Program-made: the position numbers and the translations under genes
The notes under the pieces: model-generated
The model's database searches: none
Told to the model about the DNA's origin: nothing
Seen by the model: the letters and a program-made list of their open reading frames with translations, nothing else
In this document: piece after piece, positions 28,889 to 38,458 of the stretch
Numbering within the stretch: the first letter of the stretch is position 1
Layout of the letters: every line of letters begins with the position of its first letter
Assembly (NCBI GenBank): GCA_044229075.1
Contig: JBGATS010000004.1
Coordinates: forward strand, 878-64,877
Origin: Minisyncoccia bacterium
Lineage (GTDB): Bacteria; Patescibacteriota; Minisyncoccia; Phycocordibacterales; UBA1006
DNA: 64,000 nt
Direction of reading: 5' to 3'

Positions 28889-30175
28889 TTAAACTGCCAC
28901 CGCACCCTTTATTGTTGGATGACACTGATAATTTTCTAATGTAAAATCTTCGAATTTGAAATCATCAATGTTTTTCACATTTGGATTTAATTTCATAATT
29001 GGATATGGGAATGCTGTCCGTGTAAGCTGTTCAACAACTTGATCCATGTGATTACTATAAATGTGTAAATCACCGTAACCATGAATAAATTCTCCAACTT
29101 TACAATTAGTTACCTGTGCAACCATCATAAGAAGTAAAGCATATGAAGCAATATTAAATGGTACACCCAGAAAAATATCGCAACTACGTTGGTATAACTG
29201 TAAATCAAGTTGATATATCGGAGCTCCAACTGCATCCAAGTCATCATCATCCATGTTTTTTACATAGGATATATTTTTTTCATTCTTTTTTGCCCAATAC
29301 ACAAGTCTTTCATCAAGAGTCATAAGTCTTGAGTGAAACTGGAATAAGCAGTGACATGGCGGAAGTCCTGACTGAATCATTGCTGGTAAATCGCCAACAT
29401 TCCATGCAGATACAAGCATTCTACGAGAAATTATTCCTGTTTCATGTTGTTTGTTAATTTGTTCAACAACCTGACCTAATTGATCTATGGTATATTTTTC
29501 ATCATAGGGAATGAATTCACTATCGCTCGGCCAGTCACTGGGACGACTTGTAATTGTCCGAGTCGTTGACCATTTTCTCCATTGTTTACCGTACACAGGA
29601 CCCAAATCGCCCCATTCTTTTGCAAATGTAGGATAAGCCAATATCATCTCTTCAAACATTTTAATATCAATTTTTTTTGTGTGTTTATTATTGTAATTCT
29701 TTAATGGCCAATCAGACCAAATAGATACACCATTTTCTACTAGATATTTAATATTTGTACTTCCACTTACCAGCCAAATTAATTCATGAATTATACTTTT
29801 CAGGTGAACTTTTTTAGTGGTAATCAGCGGAAATCCATGATCAAGATTAAATCTAGATTGATATCCATGAATACCAATAGTATCAGTACCTGTTCGATCG
29901 AACTTTGGTTTGCCTTTCAATAAGGTGTGTAATAATGATTTTTCGTACTCAGAATAATCACTGTTCGAAATATGGTACGCAATGTCCATTACTTTTAATC
30001 TCTTAAGAGCATTATTCTGTAAACCTGTTAGTTCTGCTTGTTTTGCTCTTAGTGTTTTTGTTGGGATAATTTCTTTCATTTTTTTATTATTTAATTGTTT
30101 AAAAAATATTATTTTTACAACGAACATTTCTGTTCTGATTGATAGGTATTTTGCATTTTTTATAGAGAAAGTCAA
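28889..30175 (-). CDS. thyA: Thymidylate synthase (ThyA family) with an N-terminal extension and an internal insertion of about 35 aa
   Basis: [29 protein letters not shown], then an insert, then [23 protein letters not shown]. Start uncertain (alternative MKEIIP at 30079). Confidence 0.8.
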   Translation of the reverse strand: MTFSIKNAKYLSIRTEMFVVKIIFFKQLNNKKMKEIIPTKTLRAKQAELTGLQNNALKRLKVMDIAYHISNSDYSEYEKSLLHTLLKGKPKFDRTGTDTIGIHGYQSRFNLDHGFPLITTKKVHLKSIIHELIWLVSGSTNIKYLVENGVSIWSDWPLKNYNNKHTKKIDIKMFEEMILAYPTFAKEWGDLGPVYGKQWRKWSTTRTITSRPSDWPSDSEFIPYDEKYTIDQLGQVVEQINKQHETGIISRRMLVSAWNVGDLPAMIQSGLPPCHCLFQFHSRLMTLDERLVYWAKKNEKNISYVKNMDDDDLDAVGAPIYQLDLQLYQRSCDIFLGVPFNIASYALLLMMVAQVTNCKVGEFIHGYGDLHIYSNHMDQVVEQLTRTAFPYPIMKLNPNVKNIDDFKFEDFTLENYQCHPTIKGAVAV

Positions 30176-30261
30176 GGTGTCATTAATCCAGAAATTGATG
30201 GCGATGGTTCGTAAGAGAACTTATTCATCAAAAAAGCGATCCATTATGGAATCGCTTTTTT

Positions 30262-30687
30262 CTATCCCTTGATTTCAACACCCATAGATTTTGCAGATCC
30301 TGCAACCGTTTTCATTGCAGCTTCTACATCAGTCGTGTTCAAGTCAGGAAGCTTTTTTTCTGCGATTTCTCGCAATTGAGCAGTCGTGATTGACCCAGCT
30401 TTTTTCTTTGCATTAGTTCCAGAACCACTGGTGATTCCTGCAGCTTTTTTCAGCATTGCAGACATTGGTGGAGTCTTGATCACAAATTCAAATGTTCGAT
30501 CATCGTAGATCGTCATTGCAACCGATGTCATTTCACCCATCTGTTCTTTTGTAGCTGTGTTGAACTGGTTTACAAAGTCTCCAATGTTAATACCAGTCTG
30601 TCCAAGCACCGGACCAAGTGGTGGTGCTGGGGTAGCTTTCCCCCCAACAATTTGGAGCTTGAGCTGTTTCATTATTTTTTTTGCCAT
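30262..30687 (-). CDS. rplK: 50S ribosomal protein L11
   Basis: MAKKIMKQLKLQIVGGKATPAPPLGPVLGQTGINI. Followed by a terminator and not by rplA. Confidence 0.9.
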   Translation of the reverse strand: MAKKIMKQLKLQIVGGKATPAPPLGPVLGQTGINIGDFVNQFNTATKEQMGEMTSVAMTIYDDRTFEFVIKTPPMSAMLKKAAGITSGSGTNAKKKAGSITTAQLREIAEKKLPDLNTTDVEAAMKTVAGSAKSMGVEIKG

Positions 30688-30840
30688 AATATAATAATTA
30701 CCTGTGGTCAGGGTATGAAGCTCCCTTCTCACGATTATCAGAATAAACTAATAGCGTAACAAAGCCTATACTACGGATTTTTTGGGAAATGTAAAGAAGT
30801 ATTATTTGAATAATCACACTACTATTGCTATACTCATACT

Positions 30841-31344
30841 ATGGAACACCTATTTCAATTACGTATGACAGATTCTCTGGGCGGAACATCATTGCTCGAT
30901 ATTGGTGCACGCGATACACGATTAGCAGAAATTTTGAGTAAAGAAGGTTTTTCAAAAATAACCCTTCTTGATAAAAACGAAATTGTTGGAGAAGTTGAGA
31001 GAGAGAGAGTAGAAATAATTCATATGCCACTGGAATTATTTATACCAAAAGATTCATATGATTTGGTCGTTTGTCGGCACGTACTCCCCTTTGTAGAAGA
31101 CCCCTTGGAACAACTTGAACGAATACTCTCATTTGGAACGATTACTTATTTTACTCTTTTTGGTACTAATGACGACCGGAAAAAATTACATCTGGTAACC
31201 AAAGATCAAATCGAGGAAGTATTACAAAAGTTTCCGAATCTTGAAATTCGTTATCAAGGTGAATCAACATTCAAAGGAAAATTATATAATGGAGATATTA
31301 TTAATTGGCATTTATTTACCTATATCACAAAAAAGACCCTCTAG
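30841..31344 (+). CDS. Class I SAM-dependent methyltransferase, antisense insert between nusG and rplK
   Basis: LLDIGARDTRLAEIL and DLVVCRHVLPFVEDP. Leaderless promoter TGCTATACT is 6 nt before the ATG. Confidence 0.7.
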   Translation: MEHLFQLRMTDSLGGTSLLDIGARDTRLAEILSKEGFSKITLLDKNEIVGEVERERVEIIHMPLELFIPKDSYDLVVCRHVLPFVEDPLEQLERILSFGTITYFTLFGTNDDRKKLHLVTKDQIEEVLQKFPNLEIRYQGESTFKGKLYNGDIINWHLFTYITKKTL

Positions 31345-31355
31345 GTGGGTCTTTT

Positions 31356-31904
31356 TTATAATTTCTTTACCTGTACAAAATCAAGTTCCACAGATGTTTC
31401 TCGTCCGAACATATTCACCATAACTTTTACCTTACCACGATCATGATCTACCTCGGAAACATGACCTTCCATATCCTTGAACGGTCCGTCGGTAATAAAT
31501 ACCACTTCGCCCTCGGTGACCAATATGGTGTGTTTTGCTTTTTCAGCACCCTCCATGCGTGAAAACAGGAAGTCGATCTCCTCTTGCGATACAGGAACCG
31601 GTGTTGTACCAGAACCAACAAATCCAGTCACCCGTGGCGTGTTACGCACAATATACCACGAGTCGTCATCTACAATCATATCTACCAATACATATCCGGG
31701 ATAAATGCGTTCTTCTACTTCTACTTTTTTACTTCCTTTGATTTTTACGACTTTTTCCGTAGGAACTACAACGTTAAAAATTTTATCGGTCACTCCCAAT
31801 GATTCTGCGCGTTGCTTTAAATTACGCATTACTGCGTTCTCGTACCCTGCATAGGTGTGAATCGCATACCAATTGCGACCCTGTTGCATTTCTTGTCGTG
31901 ACAT
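31356..31904 (-). CDS. nusG: Transcription termination/antitermination factor NusG
   Basis: NGN domain NWYAIHTYAGYENAV and a C-terminal KOW domain. Confidence 0.9.
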   Translation of the reverse strand: MSRQEMQQGRNWYAIHTYAGYENAVMRNLKQRAESLGVTDKIFNVVVPTEKVVKIKGSKKVEVEERIYPGYVLVDMIVDDDSWYIVRNTPRVTGFVGSGTTPVPVSQEEIDFLFSRMEGAEKAKHTILVTEGEVVFITDGPFKDMEGHVSEVDHDRGKVKVMVNMFGRETSVELDFVQVKKL

Positions 31905-31934
31905 AGAAAGATAAAAAGAAAATAATGAATAATA

Positions 31935-32120
31935 CTATCGAGTAATGGCAGCTTGGAGTAACTTACTAAAGATTCCATCAAAGAGTCCGAGGTAAAAACC
32001 GGTCGCTAATGACAAAATAATCACAATGAGCGTGTGCCCAAAAGCCTCCATCGGAGAAAGCCAGGTAGTTTTTTTTGCTTCACTGATAACTCCTTTGAAA
32101 AAGGTTACAACTGAATTCAT
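31935..32120 (-). CDS. secE: Preprotein translocase subunit SecE
   Basis: 61 aa with a single TM. Conserved position upstream of nusG. Leaderless promoter TGATATACT is 6 nt before the ATG. Confidence 0.8.
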   Translation of the reverse strand: MNSVVTFFKGVISEAKKTTWLSPMEAFGHTLIVIILSLATGFYLGLFDGIFSKLLQAAITR

Positions 32121-32148
32121 AATGGATCAAGTATATCAGAAACCACAT

Positions 32149-32189
32149 AAAATACAAGGGGGACGCCTGCGGCGCCCCCCTTGTATTTT
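32149..32189. repeat. GC-rich palindromic element, copy 1 (AAAATACAA-GGGGGGaCGCC-TGC-GGCGCCCCCC-TTGTATTTT)
   Basis: Member of a 5-copy family. Located in a divergent intergenic region. Confidence 0.7.
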
Positions 32190-32282
32190 ATGTAATTGAC
32201 TTTTTATAAAAAAAGAGTATCGTGATATCAAAGTCTCAAAACGAGACCAAAAAAGATTTTTCACCTTAAAAAATATAATATA

Positions 32283-32831
32283 ATGAAAAAATTACTTTTA
32301 TTAGTATTTGTCATGATACTCTGGCAAACTAATTTCAGCCAAAATGGATGGAATCGTATTTCCTATGGAAATCAAAACCAAACATTTAATCAAACAGTAA
32401 CTATTACTGATAATGGTTACACAGGAACTGCAATTGTTCCCTTCCCGGTTGGCGCCAGTAATCTTTCCTGGCTGAAAAGAGGAAGTGCATACTATGCCAA
32501 ATGTTTTTGGAATGGTACCTGGTATGAAAGATTGATTCCCAATATTTATTGGTATCAACCACGCGCATACAATCAACAGTTTAATCAAAACTGGAATTGT
32601 CAGGTCAACGTACCTGCAGGATATAACTACCTTGGGTACGGTAACAATAATAATAACTATTACGCCGACTATTATTATGGCGGTAATTATTACCGACAAC
32701 CAATTGGTCTCAATGTTGCCTCAATCATCCTTAATATTGGAGCCTCAATTGTAAATAATTTACAAGGGAATCAACTTGGTTGGAATAACAATTGGAATAA
32801 CCAATATCCAAACGGAAATTGGAAATGGTAA
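32283..32831 (+). CDS. Secreted Asn/Tyr/Trp-rich low-complexity protein
   Basis: Signal peptide MKKLLLLVFVMILW. N/Y/W-rich repeats. Confidence 0.5.
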   Translation: MKKLLLLVFVMILWQTNFSQNGWNRISYGNQNQTFNQTVTITDNGYTGTAIVPFPVGASNLSWLKRGSAYYAKCFWNGTWYERLIPNIYWYQPRAYNQQFNQNWNCQVNVPAGYNYLGYGNNNNNYYADYYYGGNYYRQPIGLNVASIILNIGASIVNNLQGNQLGWNNNWNNQYPNGNWKW

Positions 32832-32892
32832 AAGAACAAGGAGCTACTCATCGAGTAGCTTTTTTTAATGCATCTGCTATGATATGCATCAT

Positions 32893-33282
32893 ATGAAAAA
32901 ACCATTAATACATGTAAAAAAATCAAAAACAGGCATGGGATTATTCGCAGGACAGAATATTAAAAAAGATACGAAAATTATCGAATACATTGGCGAGAAA
33001 ATATCCGACGCCGAGGCACAGCGTCGTGGTGGGCAATACTTGTTTGAAATTAATAATAAATGGACCATCGATGGATCACCGCGCTATAATAAAGCCCGGT
33101 ATATTAATCACCAATGTGGCCAAGGGAACTGTGATGCACTGAATGTGCGTGATCATATTTTCATCTATGCATTCCGTGATATTGCCGAGGGTGAGGAACT
33201 CACCTATAATTATGGCGATGAATTTTTCGAGGAACATATCAAACCAAAAGGCTGTAAATGTACAACCTGTAACCCATCCTAA
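32893..33282 (+). CDS. SET-domain protein (putative protein-lysine methyltransferase)
   Basis: GMGLFAGQNI, ARYINHQCGQGNC (NHSC-type), ELTYNYG, and a post-SET Cys cluster KGCKCTTC. Confidence 0.7.
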   Translation: MKKPLIHVKKSKTGMGLFAGQNIKKDTKIIEYIGEKISDAEAQRRGGQYLFEINNKWTIDGSPRYNKARYINHQCGQGNCDALNVRDHIFIYAFRDIAEGEELTYNYGDEFFEEHIKPKGCKCTTCNPS

Positions 33283-33345
33283 ATACAAAACCACCCATAC
33301 GGGTGGTTTTGTTGAGGAGTAATCACTCATTCACACAATGGTTGA

Positions 33346-35871
33346 TTATTCCTTTGGAGTTGGACGATACGGAGTATAGTCAACTTCTTCATGGGTTACC
33401 ACATTTTTTGGGGCAACCGGAATATCTTCACGATTGGTATAATAATGATGATGTTCCTCTCGGCGAGTCATGTAACGAATCACCAAGATGACCAAGATGA
33501 GTAAGAGGATCAGGAAGAGCCATCCTGCCAATGTTCCTGGAAGATTCCCCAGACCAAAGATTGATGCGCCCAACACTTGATTCTGTGACGCGACAAAAGT
33601 GTCAGAGTCATATGCAATTGCATTCTCTTGTGCTTGTCGGTTTTCAGGGTTTTCGAATGCGATAATTGCACGTGCAGTTACCGGATCATTTTCTTTCAAG
33701 TTTCCTACCACCTTTGTTCGGATGGTAATATCATCTTTTTCAGAAATACGTAGTTCATCGATGTTTACGTATACCGCATTCGCATCACGGTCAATCTGAC
33801 CACGGTCAGTACTGGTGATTTGGAGTGCTTTCGGGAAAGTGATTTCGAGTACGAGATCCTTGATATCAACATTAGAGATATTTTCCCATGCAACGTCGTA
33901 TACCAATTCTTCGTTTCGCGCTACGGTGTCACGACTGTTATCAATCGTTAATCGTACATAGCGAGCTCCGCCTACTGCACCGGTTACTACAGTATTTGCC
34001 ACAGGGGCAGTAACTTCGCGAACAACGGTTGTTCGTACAATTCCTGTAGATGTAGTACTTTTTACGGTAGTAGTTCCCTTGCGTGCAGTACTGAATGAAT
34101 AGGTAGTTCCTTTCACAGTACCATTACAATTTTCTACCACTGCTCGGTAATAATATGTTACACCAGGAGTAAGACCCGTAAGTGCTTGCGCCATTGATCC
34201 CGATGTTGATCGGGTAACTGACCCAGTCGCTTGTCCTAATGATGATGCAGACGTTCCATATTCAAAATACGTTCGTCCAGAACATCCGTTCATGTTGTAA
34301 AATCCATCAATCACCGCAGTCGTGTATCCAATAGATACTGGTGTGAGTGTTTGTGCTGTTGGGTCACTACTGATAGGTGGAGGTGTACCCTTTTCAATAA
34401 TAAATCGAACCCATTCACCACATACTACGTCACCATTGTTCGCACATGCGCGGTATTCATAGGTACCATTTGCAAAACCTGTTTGCACATAGCTAAATCC
34501 ATGTGATGCATTACTGTATGATCCTGCGCTTGGTGTTGCTCGTTCTGAACCATTGATTGGTCGCCAGATGAAATAGGTAGTACTCACATATCCATCATTG
34601 TTGTAAAAATTTCCCTGCAGTGTCGCAGAACCGTTCGTATTATTCACTGATGGTGAACCGGTTGCAACAGAGATATTATTTTGTGGTGGTTGTGGATTAT
34701 TAGTGATAGTAAATTGCCGAACAACTCCTTCATTATCACCATTGTCATCACTCGCACACGCAGCATAATTATATGTTCCTGTAGACAGCCCGTTTAATAC
34801 TTTTGAGAAATTAGCAGAAGAGCTGTTTCCAGAATATGACGCAGAAACAATACGAACTTCTTCCTCATTAACAGGGTTAATAATAAAACAGGTAGTAACA
34901 GAACCTTCTGCGTTAGAAAATGATCCATTTAATGTAACAGATCCTTGCCCATTTACAGAAGCTCCTCCAGTAACCACATCAGGACCATTCCCTTGTGAAG
35001 AATTTCCAATTGTGAATGATTCCCACCCACTGGCAGATGCGCTACCATACACGTTCGCACCACATGCCTGGTAGTAATACGTTCCTGCAGACAGTCCAGA
35101 GAGGTTTAATGAGAAATTCCCTGTTGTTCCTGATGGCAGGTTTGCATCTCTTTTTACAACATCTCCGTTTGGATATTTTACATCGAAACATGCTTTTGTT
35201 GCAGAATAATTAGAACTGTAGGTACCGTTAATAGTAGCACTACTGGTCCCTACGTTTGATACTTGTTGGTTCTGAATCGTTGGTGCAGATCCGGTTGGAG
35301 TATTCGCAACTACCTTGAATACTGCTTTAACTACTCCTTGATTTTCCCATCCTGGATTTACGGTTCCAATATTGATTCCTCCTGCGTTAAAAATCTGAGT
35401 AGGGTTTGATAACGCAGTCCAACTTCGGTTACTTTGTGTTTGTACATACGCACCTACAAACGTAATAGTTGAATTTTGTTGGAGGGTAATTGATCGCTCT
35501 CCACTGTCTACAGCAGATCCATTAATATATACTTGTCCTATGGTTGAAAAAGTACTTGCAGATTTGTTCCCACGAAAATCAGTTACTCGTGCAGAAACGT
35601 TTGGAGCAGGTGCATCTCCATTATTATGGAAATATACTGCGAGGTTAATAGTATCCCCATCGCCAACAGTAATATTGGTGCCCGGCCAACATGCAGTATT
35701 TGCATCTTGTGGATTGTCTGTCGCATTGACCACCATATAGGTTGGACAATCGTTCGAAGCGGAATTCATTGAATATCCTGCAAACGCGGTTTGTGTAGAA
35801 ACACTAAAACCTACCATTGCAATCAATGCAATCATTCCGATTTTTGTTATTTTTGATAAAATATTTTTCAT
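33346..35871 (-). CDS. Large surface protein: signal peptide, multiple Fn3-like repeats (TYYYRA-type), a DUF11-like domain, and a C-terminal LPGTL-hydrophobic-RRE sorting-like anchor
   Basis: Repeats end LTPGVTYYYRAVVEN, LSAGTYYYQACGAN. DUF11-like: ELVYDVAWENISNVDIKDLVLEITFPKALQITS. C-terminus: GNLPGTLAGWLFLILLLILVILVIRYMTRREE. Confidence 0.6.
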   Translation of the reverse strand: MKNILSKITKIGMIALIAMVGFSVSTQTAFAGYSMNSASNDCPTYMVVNATDNPQDANTACWPGTNITVGDGDTINLAVYFHNNGDAPAPNVSARVTDFRGNKSASTFSTIGQVYINGSAVDSGERSITLQQNSTITFVGAYVQTQSNRSWTALSNPTQIFNAGGINIGTVNPGWENQGVVKAVFKVVANTPTGSAPTIQNQQVSNVGTSSATINGTYSSNYSATKACFDVKYPNGDVVKRDANLPSGTTGNFSLNLSGLSAGTYYYQACGANVYGSASASGWESFTIGNSSQGNGPDVVTGGASVNGQGSVTLNGSFSNAEGSVTTCFIINPVNEEEVRIVSASYSGNSSSANFSKVLNGLSTGTYNYAACASDDNGDNEGVVRQFTITNNPQPPQNNISVATGSPSVNNTNGSATLQGNFYNNDGYVSTTYFIWRPINGSERATPSAGSYSNASHGFSYVQTGFANGTYEYRACANNGDVVCGEWVRFIIEKGTPPPISSDPTAQTLTPVSIGYTTAVIDGFYNMNGCSGRTYFEYGTSASSLGQATGSVTRSTSGSMAQALTGLTPGVTYYYRAVVENCNGTVKGTTYSFSTARKGTTTVKSTTSTGIVRTTVVREVTAPVANTVVTGAVGGARYVRLTIDNSRDTVARNEELVYDVAWENISNVDIKDLVLEITFPKALQITSTDRGQIDRDANAVYVNIDELRISEKDDITIRTKVVGNLKENDPVTARAIIAFENPENRQAQENAIAYDSDTFVASQNQVLGASIFGLGNLPGTLAGWLFLILLLILVILVIRYMTRREEHHHYYTNREDIPVAPKNVVTHEEVDYTPYRPTPKE

Positions 35872-36000
35872 AATTGTTTATTGTGTGAATTAAATGATAA
35901 ACAAGGGTAGTATAGCATATTTGATATTTATTGTCAAGGTTTCACCAGAAATCATTTATACTGTCAAGAACCCATCAGAAAACTTCATGCATACATAAAA

Positions 36001-36027
36001 TTCACAATACAAGAGGGGCACCTGCGG
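36001..36027. repeat. GC-rich palindromic element, copy 2 (AAGAGGGGCaCC-TGC-GGCGCCCCTCTT)
   Basis: Downstream of the 36109 gene's stop, so it can act as a terminator. Confidence 0.7.
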
Positions 36028-36108
36028 CGCCCCTCTTGATATGTATATTCCCAAAAAACTTCAACAAAAAAAAGCCCGGAACGTATCCAGACGGCTTTTA
36101 TTCAATTT

Positions 36109-36948
36109 TTATTGTATGATAGTGTTTCCTATCAATGGTCCACTACTACCTACAGGTTGTTGTGACGTGTTGGTTAGGGGAATAATAACCCCCCCGTTAA
36201 ACCTCGGGTCGTTATCAGAAATAGTACTCCCTGTAAGAGGTCTCCCTGTTGAAGTACTAGTACTAGTGCTAGTGCTAGTGCTAGCAGGAACTGTCATTGT
36301 TCCTCCAGTAAATGGAGTACCACTTGTTCCTTGTTGTGCGGTAGTGGTGTTAATAATAATATTATCTTGATAAAGTCCAGCTTTGACATTTCTGTCATTT
36401 TGGACATCAAAATAAGTTTTTTCAACTAAACCAAAGGTTTCAAGTCCGGTTTTAACAATACCTAAACCCAGATCTGCTTTTCGTTTCCTGTTAGCAATCT
36501 CGAGCTCCAATTCTTTTAATTCAGCTTGTTTTGCTTGCCAAGCAATATCATTATTAAGCTTCAATTTTTCTACTTCTAATGTCTGCATTTGTAATTGGAT
36601 TTTCATTTTTTCCAGCTCAGGATCATACGTTTGAACAGAATTATAATTTCTGTTATCTACGTTTGATGGTTGTTGGTTTTGTTGCTGCTGACTGTTGTTA
36701 TTGTTATTAATAACAGTGCATGTTTTACAAACAAAATAATATGTATTATCTGCATAATATACACCGTATATGTTCCCAGCTTGTAGTTGGTTGTTATACG
36801 CTGCCAATGTTGCATAAAGCTTGTCAGATATTGGAGCAACAACATCAGTTTGGTAAACAGCATTTGCTGGTAATTGCTGCGCATTACCATTAACTGCACA
36901 GAAAGCGATAATTAATACCGCAACGATTTTTTTAATTGTATTTCTCAT
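36109..36948 (-). CDS. Secreted coiled-coil protein with an (ST)n repeat
   Basis: Signal peptide MRNTIKKIVAVLIIAFCAVNGNA. Coiled-coil ELEKMKIQLQMQTLEVEKLKL. ASTSTSTSTSTST is encoded by a hexanucleotide SSR. Confidence 0.55.
   Translation of the reverse strand: MRNTIKKIVAVLIIAFCAVNGNAQQLPANAVYQTDVVAPISDKLYATLAAYNNQLQAGNIYGVYYADNTYYFVCKTCTVINNNNNSQQQQNQQPSNVDNRNYNSVQTYDPELEKMKIQLQMQTLEVEKLKLNNDIAWQAKQAELKELELEIANRKRKADLGLGIVKTGLETFGLVEKTYFDVQNDRNVKAGLYQDNIIINTTTAQQGTSGTPFTGGTMTVPASTSTSTSTSTSTGRPLTGSTISDNDPRFNGGVIIPLTNTSQQPVGSSGPLIGNTIIQ
36253..36285. repeat. Hexanucleotide microsatellite (AGTACT)2(AGTGCT)3 inside a CDS
   Basis: Encodes the TSTSTS tract. Length changes would remain in frame. 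Confidence 0.8.
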
Positions 36949-37150
36949 TTTTTTTTAAATTTATTTGTTAAGTAATTCTAAAACCTTGATAGAACTATCC
37001 AGATCTTGGAATTACTTAATCAAATAAATTGTTATGAAGAAATACACTTTTTTTGTGAAAGAACTCTTTAACATAGGGTTTCCTATGTTCTTACGGGTAG
37101 TATAGCATATTGGGGTTTTTTTGTCAAGTAATTTTGAGATTAAATTTAGA
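36949..37150 (-). promoter_or_regulatory. Promoter plus structured 5' leader, module A: CTTGACA-N17-TGCTATACT, an 8-bp hairpin, and an 11-bp long-range stem TTAAGTAATTC/GAATTACTTAA near the start codon
   Basis: About 85% identical over roughly 190 bp to module B at 38210-38400. Confidence 0.6.
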
Positions 37151-37225
37151 TATGACAAAAAACAAAAAAATAACCCTATTCTGTGTGAATAGGGTGCCCG
37201 ATAACGTGGGTCGACGTTTTAAATT

Positions 37226-38209
37226 TTAAAAATCATAATCTGAGCTTTTTGGACCAGAGTTATTAATATTGCTTTGTTGTAATAATACAGCGCTCGTTGG
37301 ATTATTACTCAACACAACAGCATTTTTTACTTCTTGACCTTGGTTTCCATTGATAACAACTGCTTTATCAGAAACCCTACCATTGGTATTACATGGTATA
37401 ACCACTGCTTTTTTAGGACAATCAAACACTACTGCTTTTGGTGTAGTTTGAGCTGGCTTTTCCTCCGATGTTGGTAATTTTTTCAAATGACCTGCGATCC
37501 AACTGGTACTCGGTGTATTAAAGCAATACGCCGAACCAGAGAACATCGGCTCATAACCGAAATCAGACAAGTCAATCCACCAACCACCTTCGGCTTCACC
37601 AGATCCACCAAGGGTGTGCGCCTTTCTTGGTAAAGGGAAAATTTTATTGTTGGTGATATCTACACCATCAAAATAAATTTCCTCTCCTGTTGGAGTATTT
37701 GTGTAATATACACGACTACTTTCAAAAACTTTGACAACATCTTCTATTGTAGAAAACATTTCCAAATTGTAGGTTGCAGCCAATTTTCCACCAACTGCGC
37801 TGTTGAGCGCGTTGTAAAATGCAATCAACGATTCATTATGTCGTTGTTGCATTATTGGCAAGTACTTCATGTACTCACTGTACGATAACCCGTCATACAA
37901 ACGGCCATCGTTTTTTTGGAGTGGTGTACCATACAACATAAAAGCAATATAATCACTTTTATTTTTGTAATTAACCGCCTTGCTTGGTTCCTGGCAGATG
38001 CCATTTCCCCAAACCCTGAAGCGGCTGTAAACTAATTCTCCACTTGGTTTTTTCCAAATGTCGAAATAACCATTTTTTTCTTTGATATACATTGACGTAT
38101 CAAACGACAACGTTCCATGTCCTGTTGGTGTTGGACCTTGCTGTGCCTTTGTAGCAACAACAATACACATCACAATGGCGAGTGCTAAAAATTTAATTGT
38201 ATTCTTCAT
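37226..38209 (-). CDS. Secreted hypothetical protein with C-terminal KAVV repeats, paralogous signal peptide to the 36109 gene
   Basis: MKNTIKFLALAIVMCIVVATKAQQ. Four KAVV repeats. Confidence 0.55.
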   Translation of the reverse strand: MKNTIKFLALAIVMCIVVATKAQQGPTPTGHGTLSFDTSMYIKEKNGYFDIWKKPSGELVYSRFRVWGNGICQEPSKAVNYKNKSDYIAFMLYGTPLQKNDGRLYDGLSYSEYMKYLPIMQQRHNESLIAFYNALNSAVGGKLAATYNLEMFSTIEDVVKVFESSRVYYTNTPTGEEIYFDGVDITNNKIFPLPRKAHTLGGSGEAEGGWWIDLSDFGYEPMFSGSAYCFNTPSTSWIAGHLKKLPTSEEKPAQTTPKAVVFDCPKKAVVIPCNTNGRVSDKAVVINGNQGQEVKNAVVLSNNPTSAVLLQQSNINNSGPKSSDYDF

Positions 38210-38400
38210 TTTTTTTGATTTTATTTAATTAAGTAATTCAAAAACCTTGATAATCTGTATCCAGATCTTGGAATTACTTAATCAAATGTAAATTCAGAAT
38301 GAAAAATACAATTGTTGTGAAAGAACTATAACCATAGGATTTCTATGTTCTTATGGGTAGTATAGCATATTGGTATATATTTGTCAAGTTATCAACAGAT
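38210..38400 (-). promoter_or_regulatory. Promoter plus structured 5' leader, module B (duplicate of module A)
   Basis: CTTGACA-N17-TGCTATACT. Same hairpins as module A. Confidence 0.6.
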
Positions 38401-38458
38401 AACTAAATTAAATAGAGACTACCAGCAAATGCTTGATAGTCTCGTATTTATTTAGTTT

